Assembly: GCA_965206745.1 (NCBI GenBank)
Contig: OZ242220.1
Location: forward strand, 1,216,001 to 1,280,000
From: Nitrosopumilus sp.
GTDB lineage: Archaea; Thermoproteota; Nitrososphaeria; Nitrososphaerales; Nitrosopumilaceae
Direction: 5' to 3'
DNA length: 64,000 nucleotides
Shown: in pieces, positions 39,928 through 49,616 of the stretch
Position numbering within the stretch: the stretch's first letter is position 1
Layout: every line of letters begins with the position of its first letter
Program-made: the position numbers and the translations under genes
The notes under the pieces: model-generated
Databases searched by the model: none
What the model was told of the DNA's origin: nothing
What the model saw: only the letters and a program-made list of their open reading frames with translations

Positions 39928-40518
39928 TCAAAAGCACAGTCCAAGTATGCAAAACGGCTCCTTCTCCACAGGGACCGATTCATAAGATTGTGGACTTTTT
40001 GCATATTCTTCTAATCCATTCAAACTTGTATGCAACATAGATTCAATATCATCATCTGAAACAAAAGATGTCAACAGTCCCATATGCCAGCTTCTTTGAA
40101 GATAAAGTTTGGCTGAAACGTCAGTCTCATTCTGAATATTGCCATCATCTGATGTTTCAACCATTGTAATGTGGAGCTTTGTACCTTTGAAGCCTCCAGA
40201 AATTACCTCCAGTATGACATTGTCACCAGATTTGGCAAATTTGATATCAGTGTCAATAGAGATCCAATCCAGACCTATTTTCATATTTCCAACATCATCT
40301 CCAATTAATTTAGAAGATTGGATGTAATCAGGCAAAATTTGAGAATATCTTTCCAAATGAGAGATGGCATCAACTAGGGATGTTTTGTCGACATTTACTG
40401 TTTTTTGAATTGAAACAATTTTTTCAGCAAATATGGACGGGGTTGCAGAAACGATCAAAAGCAGAACTAGACTTAAAAATAAAATTTTGTGGCCCGATTT
40501 TATCTTGTCCATTATCAA
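39928..40518 (-). CDS. Exported START/polyketide-cyclase-like protein
   Basis: Signal peptide; HLERYSQILPDYI..S and EVISGGFKGTKL SRPBCC-like pattern; C-terminal FCILGLCF. Confidence 0.6.
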   Translation of the reverse strand: MIMDKIKSGHKILFLSLVLLLIVSATPSIFAEKIVSIQKTVNVDKTSLVDAISHLERYSQILPDYIQSSKLIGDDVGNMKIGLDWISIDTDIKFAKSGDNVILEVISGGFKGTKLHITMVETSDDGNIQNETDVSAKLYLQRSWHMGLLTSFVSDDDIESMLHTSLNGLEEYAKSPQSYESVPVEKEPFCILGLCF

Positions 40519-40644
40519 ACCTACGTATCTTGTCTTTTAAGCATGTCGTAGTAATCACATCATGGTTTGAGATGCCCAATGTGTCTTATTTCAAATTTTT
40601 ATTCGGAAATTCTACATTGATTTATTCTGCCTAGCCTGCAAAGA

Positions 40645-43600
40645 CTATTTCAACAGTTCCATTATTTTCTGCGCCTTGTCCTGCTCAATGTGTAATTCCT
40701 CTGCAAGTTTGTCCATCTTTGAGATCCCATAGATTACACCAGAATAGTCATAGCTAAAGGTCTGGTCAGGTACTGGAACCTGATTGCTTGCATTAAACAT
40801 CATAGTGGCCTTCTCCCGCTCCTCCTGCATTAGATTTCCAAAGTTAGAGTGCAGCCTAGTCATCACGTTGACTGCCCCGTCAACGAACCTATCAACCTCT
40901 GGTGCAGTAACTGAGAACCAGCTGCCATGATCATTTTGTGTCCACAGATATCCTGAATCATCCTCCCAGATGTTGTATCTCCTATCCTGCTGGACAAGTG
41001 TGATCATCTCTACCGGACCCTGATTTGTCTTTTTCTGCACCATATGATGCGTGTTTGGCGCAAGTAATGATTGACCTGTAAACTCTATACCCTCGTTGAT
41101 GTACGTTACGGTACTGCGTCGCTTGTAATCTACTGCAGATATTGCCAGCACATCTGATTTTAGTGGCGCATCAACCTTGAAATCTATATCAAAAGAGTAG
41201 CATGGAGTGGCAGAGCTTGGGTTGCACAGTACCTTGGTGACTGTAGCAGCGGTCTTGTTTGCGTCTACTAGTGATTCCTTTTGCTCATGAATTATCTCTG
41301 TAATGTCGTAATCATCAGGATTGTCATAGTTTCGATTCAGCATTAGTATGATGTCAGTTTCGGCATCAGATACGGCACCAATTTCGGGTACCCCGAGGGA
41401 CAATGTCACATACCTGAATCCGTCAGGTGAGAATGCCTTGAGCGTTACGCTGTTTGTCTCACCGATTATTGATGAAATCTTTCTAAATTCAGTATGCCAG
41501 TTATCAGAGATATCAAGGGCATGGTCGTTGAATGTGAATCCGTCAGTGACTAGCTGCGATGAGGATATCTCCCATGATTTGCCAAAGGTTGGCTTTTTCT
41601 TCCAGTCATTTGAGCTGCCGCCAGAGTTCTCAGCCAGTATCAGCACGGCAGTCCTTGGCACGTATTCCCTGCTATCGTCCTGATATGACCAGGTAAACAC
41701 AAACGATCTTGAATCCACATTCATTAGATAGCTATCATCGAATTGTCCTGAGAATTCACCTGTCTGCCCATCTAGTGAGGATGCGATATCATCAGGCAGG
41801 TTGCCCATGTTTTTGATTCTGTATGTTATGGATGTATCTGCCGGGTCCTCTTCAGGATCCATTACTGCCATACTAAGGCTTGGAATGAATCCTCCTAGTC
41901 TTGCAGTTTGGAAATAGGTTCTAAAATTAGGGCGTTCATTTTGTGGGGTCAGTATCCCACATCGGTCATTTTGGAGTGCTCTTATAGAGCCAGTTTGTTC
42001 AAGTGGTACATATTCTGAGCCATCTTGAAAGGTCCAACCAAATCCATATGTGATACTATCGCCAGTAGTTACTTCATCACAGATAAATGCCGCCATAAAG
42101 TCCCCAGTTCTAAGATCCAGAGACGCTGCAATGTATTCAGGTAAATCGCTATTAATGCCAGTGGGATCGCTAGCGTTAGTTATTGTGTATATTGATGTCC
42201 CATCTGGAGGATTTTCAGGAGGGTTGGATACAGCAATTGAGAGACTTGGAGGTAATACACCCTCTAATACGCTTGGCTGATATCTGATAAATGTGGGCGC
42301 ATCATTTTCTGACGTGAGACAATCAGGATTATTAAATAGTGTCATCACACTTGGTGGGGCATCGTATTCATCGTTATCGTCCTCAAATGACCAAGCAAAT
42401 GGATATTGTGTCTGTCCGCTGTCTAACGTGCCACATGGAAACATCATGTCAAAGTCACCGGTTGCCATAATCAGAGAATCTGTCATGTTCATATCTATAG
42501 AACCAGGATTAGTGATTCGGTATACCGACGTGTCTGGACTATCCTCAGGAGGATTTGATACAGCAATTGAGAGACTTGGAATTGGTTGCCCTTCGTATAC
42601 ATCTTCTTCATATGCACTAACTACAGGCACTTCATTTTCTGATGTGATACATTCAAGGTTGTCAATTACGTTAAATGTGGCATTGCCTTGTTGGGGCATT
42701 CTATTGCCATCCTCAAATGACCACTCGATGGTTATAGTGGCTTGGTCATCCCTTGTTGATGTGTCACATGCAAACGTTTCTCCAAAATCACCGGATGTAG
42801 TATTAAAGGAATCCAGAATGTTTTGAGGCAGAGAATCTGAATTTGTAATGTTGTATATGGATATCTCATCTGTCGTTTCCTCAGGAGGATTTGTAACTCC
42901 AGTTGAGAGGCCAGGAATTGGTTCATCCTCTAGCACATCACGTGTAAAGTCCACTACAACTGGTACTTCATTTTCAGGTGTGGGGTTCAAGTTAGCATTG
43001 TTATTGACTGTTATTGAAGCAAGCTGGGGCATTGATTCTTCAGAACCATCCCCAAATGTCCAAGAGAAGAAGAAGATGGTGCTGTCAGTTGTGGTATCAG
43101 ATGGGAACATGGCTGAGAATCCACCAGTTGTTGCATTCAGAGACTCTGTAATGGACGGAGGCAGATCTCCGATCTTAAAGATTCGGTATACGGGATCTTC
43201 AGGATATTCGAATGAATTTGTAACTACGGTGGACAGAGAAGGAATGGTATTTCCCTCCAATACTGTTGGGTGATACATAAAGGTGGCAGGCAAGATGTCT
43301 ATATTGACAATCCCAGTATGGGATCTATCCTTTCCAAGTATGGTGACATCTCCAGAGCGATCGTCTGAATTTTCGTTATACAGCACTGCAAAGCTGTCAG
43401 ATATTTCATTCAGAGCAGATCCAGTGTATGCTATGTCAAGGTGATTCTCTGCAGGAAGGAGTCGGACAGTACCAGCATTTGGTTGTGTTGTAACGATTCC
43501 AGTTAGGATATCCCCGTCATGATCCGTTATGGCTCCTATGATCTGACGCGTGTCATTGCCTACAGGGATCGATTCTAGGTCAATGATGGGAGGATTATCC

Positions 43601-44274
43601 TCAAGTATTCTAAAATCGAGGGTCTCAAAGTCAGTTAAAAGGTTGTTGTCTGACAAACGATCATCTGCGAAAAATGTAACACTTACAGTGGTACCACCAA
43701 GATTTTCACTTGGAGCAAATGTGAACACTCCATTGGAAGTGATTGGCACGATATCGGCCCTGCTTGTTCTCCAATGTATCGTGTCATCATTGAGATCAAA
43801 AGCGGTTAAAGTACCTGTTGCCGTTTCAAATTCATAAAGTTCTATCGGGCCGACTGGAAAGTTAACTATTATTGGAGCTAGTGTGCCTACAGCTGTATCT
43901 CGCTCAGATACATCAAATGAAAGTGTTTTAGTATCTGTTCGACCAGTAGAATCAGTCAGAGTAATTACAAATTCAACAGTTTGACGGCCATGAATCTCAC
44001 CGGGAATCCATGTAAATTGTCCGCTGTTCGGATCAATCCGCGCATTTACATTATTACTTGATATACTCCATGTCAGGGTATCACCATCAGTATCCATACC
44101 CATCAAGGTAAAGTCTACGGATTGATATTCGTCAGGTGTCAGATTGGCACTGCTTGGAACCGTTATCACGGGAGGTGCTTCGCCTACCACATGATCAGTT
44201 GCAAATACAGAAGAGATTGTGATTACTATAGAGAATGCACTACATACCATAACTAGAAATCGTATATTATTCAT
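40645..44274 (-). CDS. Large exported surface protein with Ig/cadherin-like and novel ~110-aa repeats
   Basis: Signal peptide at MNNIRF; DTDGDTLTWS/DHDGD Ig-like units; five related repeats; acidic. Confidence 0.85.
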   Translation of the reverse strand: MNNIRFLVMVCSAFSIVITISSVFATDHVVGEAPPVITVPSSANLTPDEYQSVDFTLMGMDTDGDTLTWSISSNNVNARIDPNSGQFTWIPGEIHGRQTVEFVITLTDSTGRTDTKTLSFDVSERDTAVGTLAPIIVNFPVGPIELYEFETATGTLTAFDLNDDTIHWRTSRADIVPITSNGVFTFAPSENLGGTTVSVTFFADDRLSDNNLLTDFETLDFRILEDNPPIIDLESIPVGNDTRQIIGAITDHDGDILTGIVTTQPNAGTVRLLPAENHLDIAYTGSALNEISDSFAVLYNENSDDRSGDVTILGKDRSHTGIVNIDILPATFMYHPTVLEGNTIPSLSTVVTNSFEYPEDPVYRIFKIGDLPPSITESLNATTGGFSAMFPSDTTTDSTIFFFSWTFGDGSEESMPQLASITVNNNANLNPTPENEVPVVVDFTRDVLEDEPIPGLSTGVTNPPEETTDEISIYNITNSDSLPQNILDSFNTTSGDFGETFACDTSTRDDQATITIEWSFEDGNRMPQQGNATFNVIDNLECITSENEVPVVSAYEEDVYEGQPIPSLSIAVSNPPEDSPDTSVYRITNPGSIDMNMTDSLIMATGDFDMMFPCGTLDSGQTQYPFAWSFEDDNDEYDAPPSVMTLFNNPDCLTSENDAPTFIRYQPSVLEGVLPPSLSIAVSNPPENPPDGTSIYTITNASDPTGINSDLPEYIAASLDLRTGDFMAAFICDEVTTGDSITYGFGWTFQDGSEYVPLEQTGSIRALQNDRCGILTPQNERPNFRTYFQTARLGGFIPSLSMAVMDPEEDPADTSITYRIKNMGNLPDDIASSLDGQTGEFSGQFDDSYLMNVDSRSFVFTWSYQDDSREYVPRTAVLILAENSGGSSNDWKKKPTFGKSWEISSSQLVTDGFTFNDHALDISDNWHTEFRKISSIIGETNSVTLKAFSPDGFRYVTLSLGVPEIGAVSDAETDIILMLNRNYDNPDDYDITEIIHEQKESLVDANKTAATVTKVLCNPSSATPCYSFDIDFKVDAPLKSDVLAISAVDYKRRSTVTYINEGIEFTGQSLLAPNTHHMVQKKTNQGPVEMITLVQQDRRYNIWEDDSGYLWTQNDHGSWFSVTAPEVDRFVDGAVNVMTRLHSNFGNLMQEEREKATMMFNASNQVPVPDQTFSYDYSGVIYGISKMDKLAEELHIEQDKAQKIMELLK

Positions 44275-44736
44275 GGCGAGTATATACACAATATACATAT
44301 ATAAACCGTTTTCACATATTGAACCCAAACAAAGATTGAAAACTAGACATGCATAACTATAACATGACAGAATCATACCATACACTTTCAAGTTCTTGAG
44401 ATTGGGCCCACTGTTCAATTATGAATCAGAGTTTTCAAATTTTTGGCCCATGATCTCCAGTTCTAAGCATGATGGAATACGAACTCTTATTTTGATTCAG
44501 TCATACATCAAGATTTTGATCCTTTGCCAATTAATCAGATTCAGCCAAGTTTGAGGACGCCAAATCAGTGTGATACATATGCTCAATGCCCCATCAAGCA
44601 CGTCATTGGCATCTTCCCATGCCTTTGATGTTATTTTTGCCATCTCATGTTTTTGCCATGGTTTTGGCACTGCAGTTTCCAGAATTTGGAATCACTGGGG
44701 GATAAAGATATAATGAAATGAGTTTTTTGACTAAAT

Positions 44737-45138
44737 ATGTCAGCAGGACAGATGCCACCATGGCTTCAAGAGCAATTAATGAAAATGCAGCAGACTCAAC
44801 AGAACCTGCAATCCATTATGACTCAGAAACAGCATCTAGACATCGAAAAAGCAGAAACAGAAAAAGCTCTTGAAGAGTTACGCAAAGTCGCCGATGGCGA
44901 TGCAGTGTTTAAACAAACAGGTACAGTCTTGATTAAATCCAAAAAACAGGAATTAATGGATGAGTTGGAAGAGCGAATTGAGCTTGTTAAAACACGTGCC
45001 ACAGTTCTTGAAAAACAAGAGACACGCACCAAGGAGACCCTCAAGGAGCAAGAAGCAAAGATCACAGAGATGATGAAAGGCGGCTCTGCAAACGCCCCTC
45101 CAAATTCACCTCAGGTACAAGACGATCCTAGAAAATAA
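44737..45138 (+). CDS. pfdB: Prefoldin beta subunit
   Basis: MPPWLQEQL, EKALEEL, VFKQTGTVLI coiled coil. Confidence 0.93.
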   Translation: MSAGQMPPWLQEQLMKMQQTQQNLQSIMTQKQHLDIEKAETEKALEELRKVADGDAVFKQTGTVLIKSKKQELMDELEERIELVKTRATVLEKQETRTKETLKEQEAKITEMMKGGSANAPPNSPQVQDDPRK

Positions 45139-45189
45139 TCTCTAGGGCTATTCCATACAAGATATTAAGAATTCATTTCAGATAATATT

Positions 45190-45876
45190 GTGAAGTTAGA
45201 GAACCTCAGAATTGTTGCAGATGAGAGGGAACGAAAAAGTGGAATCCCGGATTTACTAAAATCAATCGGATTAGATATTGAGATGAAGACACTTCCCATC
45301 GGCGATTACATTGTTGCACCTGAAACTATTGTTGAGCGAAAAAGCATACGTGATCTTATGGCCTCCATCTTTGACGGCAGGCTTTTTGATCAATGCTCCA
45401 GACTAAAGGAACACTTTGAGCATCCCGTTGTTCTGATGGAAGGCAACGTCGATGAGATTGAAGAGATTGCCGAAAATCCTTTGGTTTTTTATGGCGCCCT
45501 CTCAACTATAATACTTGATTTTAAAATTCCCGTGATTCCTACTCCTAGTGCTGCTCACAGTGCAAAACTTTTGGTGTCCATGTGTTGTAGAAAAGATGCT
45601 CCCAAAGGACCGTATTTGAAAAAGATCAAAAAATCAGCAGATTTGGAAAAGCAGCAGCTTTCAGTTCTGTGCAGTTTGCCGGGAATTGGGGAAAAATACG
45701 CAGTCAGGATGCTAACAAAGTTTGGAACCCCGCTAAAAGTTTTCAGTGCGACTACCGCAGAGCTGGCAAAAGTTGAAGGTTTGGGCCAAGCTCGCGCAAA
45801 AAAGATTAAAAAAACCCTCAGTACCAAAAGTAAATTTCTAAAAGCGACAAACCAAAAAACCCTGCATGATTCCTAA
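45190..45876 (+). CDS. XPF/ERCC4 endonuclease with HhH
   Basis: ADERE, GDY, VERKS..DL..S..DGRLFDQ, LPGIG, GLG. Confidence 0.93.
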   Translation: MKLENLRIVADERERKSGIPDLLKSIGLDIEMKTLPIGDYIVAPETIVERKSIRDLMASIFDGRLFDQCSRLKEHFEHPVVLMEGNVDEIEEIAENPLVFYGALSTIILDFKIPVIPTPSAAHSAKLLVSMCCRKDAPKGPYLKKIKKSADLEKQQLSVLCSLPGIGEKYAVRMLTKFGTPLKVFSATTAELAKVEGLGQARAKKIKKTLSTKSKFLKATNQKTLHDS

Positions 45877-45978
45877 ATCCTCTTTTGATGTATAAATCAG
45901 CACCCAACTTACCAGAGTAATCAAGACACATAGATGAAAGGAACGAATGTTAAAATTCCATGTTAAATCTTTGAAATT

Positions 45979-47013
45979 ATGGAAAAAATGCGTGCGATGG
46001 TACTTTCTGAATGTGCCAAGATAGAGACAGAGCCATTGAAACTTACTGAAATTGACAAGCATGAGATTAAAAGACCAAATGAGATTTTATTAAAAATCGA
46101 GGCATGTGGAGTGTGCCATTCACAACTTCATGGAATTGAGGGGGATTGGAAGGAGATTGGAATACCTCCAACATTGCCAACGGTTCCAGGACATGAGGTT
46201 GTGGGAAGAGTGGTTCAGGTAGGAGACAAGGTTACCAAATTTAAAATTGGAGATAGAGCAGGAATCACGCCATTGTTAGAGGCATGCGAAGAATGCCAAT
46301 ATTGTAAGGAAGGAAAAGAGTATCTTTGTGAATCGGCAATAATTACAGGAGAGTCATTCAAAGGCGGATACGCAGAATACATCACGGTGATTGAAGATTT
46401 TGCAACCAAAGTCCCAGACAGCATGAAGGCAGAATACGCAGCCCCGTTATTCTGTGCAGGAATTACAGCATACAAAGCAGTCAAAGCTGCAGAGCCAAAA
46501 CAAAATAAGAAGATGGGCATCTTCGGAATCGGAGGAGTGGGACACATGGCAATACAATTTGCCAGAGTAGAAAAATGCAATGTCATTGCATTTTCCAGAT
46601 CACAGAATCATCTTGATGTTGCAAAGAGACTAGGTGCAACAGATGCCATGGTATTTTCTGAAAATCAACAGGAATTTCTAGAGACATTAAAAGAAAAACA
46701 CGGTATGCTAGATGTTGCAATTGTATTTGCTCCATCAGACATCGTAACAGATACTGCAATAAAATCAGTAAAAAAAGGAGGATTGATAATAGTAGGCACC
46801 ATAGGTGATAATCCATCATTTATGCCATTTGAGGAAAAAACAATCCGTGGAACATTGATAGGTTCAACAAAGGACATGGAACAGGTGATCAAAATTTGCG
46901 ATGCAGAAAACATAGAAGTGATCTCCCAAACATTCCCACTAGAGGAGGCAAATCAGGCGCTCAAGAAATTAAAGAGTTCCCAAATCCAAGCAAGGGCGGT
47001 TTTGATTCCGTAA
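45979..47013 (+). CDS. Zinc-dependent alcohol dehydrogenase
   Basis: CGVCHS, GHEVVG, CEECQYC..C, CAGITAY, GIGGVGH. Confidence 0.95.
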   Translation: MEKMRAMVLSECAKIETEPLKLTEIDKHEIKRPNEILLKIEACGVCHSQLHGIEGDWKEIGIPPTLPTVPGHEVVGRVVQVGDKVTKFKIGDRAGITPLLEACEECQYCKEGKEYLCESAIITGESFKGGYAEYITVIEDFATKVPDSMKAEYAAPLFCAGITAYKAVKAAEPKQNKKMGIFGIGGVGHMAIQFARVEKCNVIAFSRSQNHLDVAKRLGATDAMVFSENQQEFLETLKEKHGMLDVAIVFAPSDIVTDTAIKSVKKGGLIIVGTIGDNPSFMPFEEKTIRGTLIGSTKDMEQVIKICDAENIEVISQTFPLEEANQALKKLKSSQIQARAVLIP

Positions 47014-47049
47014 TTCTTGGCTTAAATATTAGAAGAAATAGTTTTGGAT

Positions 47050-47202
47050 ATGAACTGTAACAGATGCCATCACACCGATGAGGCCCACAGCAGAAATGAA
47101 GATAGCAATTCCCTTATCAAAGCTGGAAAATGCCAAATCACCACATGCACATGCCAACAATACCAGGATCCAATTCAGAAGATTGACGAGGAACTTTTGT
47201 AA
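47050..47202 (+). CDS. Small Cys/His-rich protein (50 aa, not in ORF track)
   Basis: MNCNRCHHTDEAHSRNEDSNSLIKAGKCQITTCTCQQYQDPIQKIDEELL. Confidence 0.7.
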   Translation: MNCNRCHHTDEAHSRNEDSNSLIKAGKCQITTCTCQQYQDPIQKIDEELL

Positions 47203-47234
47203 CGATTCATATATCAAAATTATTCAAGTTAGTC

Positions 47235-47471
47235 ATGGACAAGCACAAGCCATCAGATGAAATGATCAAGGATTTGGATAACCTGTTATCAAAGCTGAAC
47301 GCCATGGAGATTGTCGCATCAGATGAATTTCAAAAAAATTCAATCAAAGTTCAAAGGGCGCTAGTAGAAGGTCAAATGCATTCAATAAATGAATTTCAGC
47401 ATTTGAAAAAGGCTATCGACTTGCTGACTTTGCAATTATTTGACGTTCAAAATAAGATCAATTCATCCTAG
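47235..47471 (+). CDS. Hypothetical protein
   Basis: Helical 78-aa ORF. Confidence 0.7.
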   Translation: MDKHKPSDEMIKDLDNLLSKLNAMEIVASDEFQKNSIKVQRALVEGQMHSINEFQHLKKAIDLLTLQLFDVQNKINSS

Positions 47472-47949
47472 TATCGCTTAATCCGCATCCAGTACATCTT
47501 AAGAGAGTAGATTTTTCAAGAATCTTTTCAGGTTTCATTTCAGCACCACAGCAAAGACATGTAATGCTTTCTGGATTTGTATCTTCAGACTTTCGCACAA
47601 CATAGTCCGGCTTTGCTGTCTGAATATCAGCAGAGTTGCATCGGGGTTTGTAGTAGGAAATTATTTTATTGAGTATGTTTTGTCTACGTTGAGCACTAGA
47701 CTCAAACAAAGGCAATACTGCAAGATACAGTGATTTTTCTGACCCCGAATGCTCAATCCAGCACTGGTGTTGAGAGTGTAGGGCAAAGAATGACTCATCA
47801 TCAGTCTTTTCACAATCGCCCACATAGAGAATATCGAATTTATCGTTATCTCTGGAAAGAACCAGATAAACCAATTTTTCCATGGGAGGCCCCCATTCCT
47901 CAAGAGGGATCGGCCCAAGAAACTCGTACTGAAGAATTTGAATGCTCAA
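47458..47949 (-). CDS. GIY-YIG-like protein with C-terminal zinc ribbon
   Basis: LVYLVL...LYVGD, YKPRCN; CLCCG...CTGCG. Confidence 0.6.
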   Translation of the reverse strand: MSIQILQYEFLGPIPLEEWGPPMEKLVYLVLSRDNDKFDILYVGDCEKTDDESFFALHSQHQCWIEHSGSEKSLYLAVLPLFESSAQRRQNILNKIISYYKPRCNSADIQTAKPDYVVRKSEDTNPESITCLCCGAEMKPEKILEKSTLLRCTGCGLSDTRMN

Positions 47950-48070
47950 TGTAATGTAATTTTCAGTACTTTCTTTTCATCTTTTCTCAAAAAACCCCCT
48001 ACTGAGACCAAGTTGATCGCAAAATCCCAACATGAAAAGATTAAATTCAAGAGTTTTGGATTTCCCATAA

Positions 48071-48325
48071 ATGAAGGATCCTCACAATTATGCCAAAGTA
48101 GGTTATTCGATGATTCTGGTGGCAGGTAGTTTAGCAGCAATAGGAATCATAGGTCTGTTTCTGGCAGATGACGTATTGTTATCAGACAATTGGTCAAGGG
48201 ACAAAACTGCTCATTTTAACGAATGCAAATCAAATGATTTTGTTCCAGATGATTGCATAAAATACAGAGAGAGAATCAACAACGACATATCAGGAATTTA
48301 CGTGGATCCATCAAAGTGGAAGTAA
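48071..48325 (+). CDS. Membrane-anchored hypothetical protein
   Basis: One TM, Cys pair. Confidence 0.65.
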   Translation: MKDPHNYAKVGYSMILVAGSLAAIGIIGLFLADDVLLSDNWSRDKTAHFNECKSNDFVPDDCIKYRERINNDISGIYVDPSKWK

Positions 48326-48326
48326 A

Positions 48327-49013
48327 TCAGAACCCATGGGCATAGTCTTCCACCATATTTCGACTTTGAGTCAGGCGATTCATGGCAAAAAATGCGCCTC
48401 CCACAATTCCAGCTTGGTAAAAAGTATACAAGAGAACGCCAGATGATGTAGGATCAGATTTTGTAAAGCTCAAGGCAAGCATGGTAAAGAATACAAAGGT
48501 TCCAACAAATGTGATCAGCCTGTTTACGATACCGGCATCCATTCCGACAATTCGTTTAGTAGCAGATGCCATCAATCCAATACTTGTGAGAATCAAAAAA
48601 GTTGCACCGCCGTTTGCAGTGATGAATGTGTTTAGCCATGGCAAGAGTCCATCTTCTAGCAACGCAACATCAGGCATTACACTGCCACCATTGATTGCAA
48701 AATTTACGGAGCTAAACATGCCGCCGATGACAAAAAAGAACAAAAATATTTTTATGATTGATCTTTTGATAGGTCGGCATATTTCTGTAGGTTTTACAGC
48801 TTTTTCAGTAATTCTGATCCCGTAAATGAATCCCACAGCCATGGCAGGGATAAACATGATATTGATCAGAATCGGCGATTCCCGGTTAATAGTCTCAATT
48901 TGAGGATGAAAGACAAGGAATAGGAGGATTGCAAGAGAGGCAGAAGTGACAAAGAGGAACAGTCCCAGATATCTAGGACCAGTGGATTTCTGATGAGCGT
49001 TCCAATTGTGCAT
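48327..49013 (-). CDS. Polytopic membrane protein
   Basis: About 6 TM segments. Confidence 0.75.
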   Translation of the reverse strand: MHNWNAHQKSTGPRYLGLFLFVTSASLAILLFLVFHPQIETINRESPILINIMFIPAMAVGFIYGIRITEKAVKPTEICRPIKRSIIKIFLFFFVIGGMFSSVNFAINGGSVMPDVALLEDGLLPWLNTFITANGGATFLILTSIGLMASATKRIVGMDAGIVNRLITFVGTFVFFTMLALSFTKSDPTSSGVLLYTFYQAGIVGGAFFAMNRLTQSRNMVEDYAHGF

Positions 49014-49113
49014 TTTATAGCATCTAAAGAAAATAATTAAAAACCAAATCCGAAAATCATTTGGTCAAAGTATCAATTCTGTTTACCCTTTTTTACTAGA
49101 ATCAACGAGTAAA

Positions 49114-49320
49114 GTGGTGAAAAGTGGAAAAATTCTGATGGTTTTAGGCATCATTGCAGCAATACTAGGCTTTGTTTTTCATCTACAAGGACGATCAGTG
49201 GTAGGGCCGGTATCTTCATTTATGTATTCAAGTCCAGAATGGGTCGATTATGGCTTGGGAATCATGATTGCAGGAGTCATCATTTTGAGTGCGGGGTTTG
49301 CAGTTTTTAGAAAAAACTAG
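49114..49320 (+). CDS. Small two-TM membrane protein
   Basis: QG...GP.SSFMY..PEW loop between two TMs. Confidence 0.7.
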   Translation: MVKSGKILMVLGIIAAILGFVFHLQGRSVVGPVSSFMYSSPEWVDYGLGIMIAGVIILSAGFAVFRKN

Positions 49321-49547
49321 TCTGTAACGCGAAGAGTAATCGTGCTTTTAATTTTTGGCAGTTTTCTAATTTCAGATGCTATGATCTCATTGATTTGGGA
49401 GGCAGAATCAGTGACAAACTCAGCTACAATATCATAACTGCCATAAGTAATCAGGCAACTTTTGACCTGAGGAATCTTCGTTAATTGCAAGTAAAGGGAT
49501 TGCTCCTCTCCAATCTCACAGCTGATCAGCATGTATGCTTTTTCCAT
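49317..49547 (-). CDS. Lrp/AsnC ligand-binding domain protein
   Basis: AYMLISCEIG, TYGSYDIVAE, IRKLPKIKSTITL. Confidence 0.9.
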   Translation of the reverse strand: MEKAYMLISCEIGEEQSLYLQLTKIPQVKSCLITYGSYDIVAEFVTDSASQINEIIASEIRKLPKIKSTITLRVTD

Positions 49548-49616
49548 CTAATTCATATTTTCTTAAAAATACACCAACATAAAGACATCTGATGAATCAT
49601 CACAGTTTGAGAGATC

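Noticed and set aside
44275-44418. 48-aa N-terminal extension of the large surface protein ORF
   Set aside because: Covers TATA-like promoter sequence; the signal peptide begins at ATG 44274
44420-44700. Protein-like fragments on the minus strand
   Set aside because: Probably a decayed gene, but no family could be recognised
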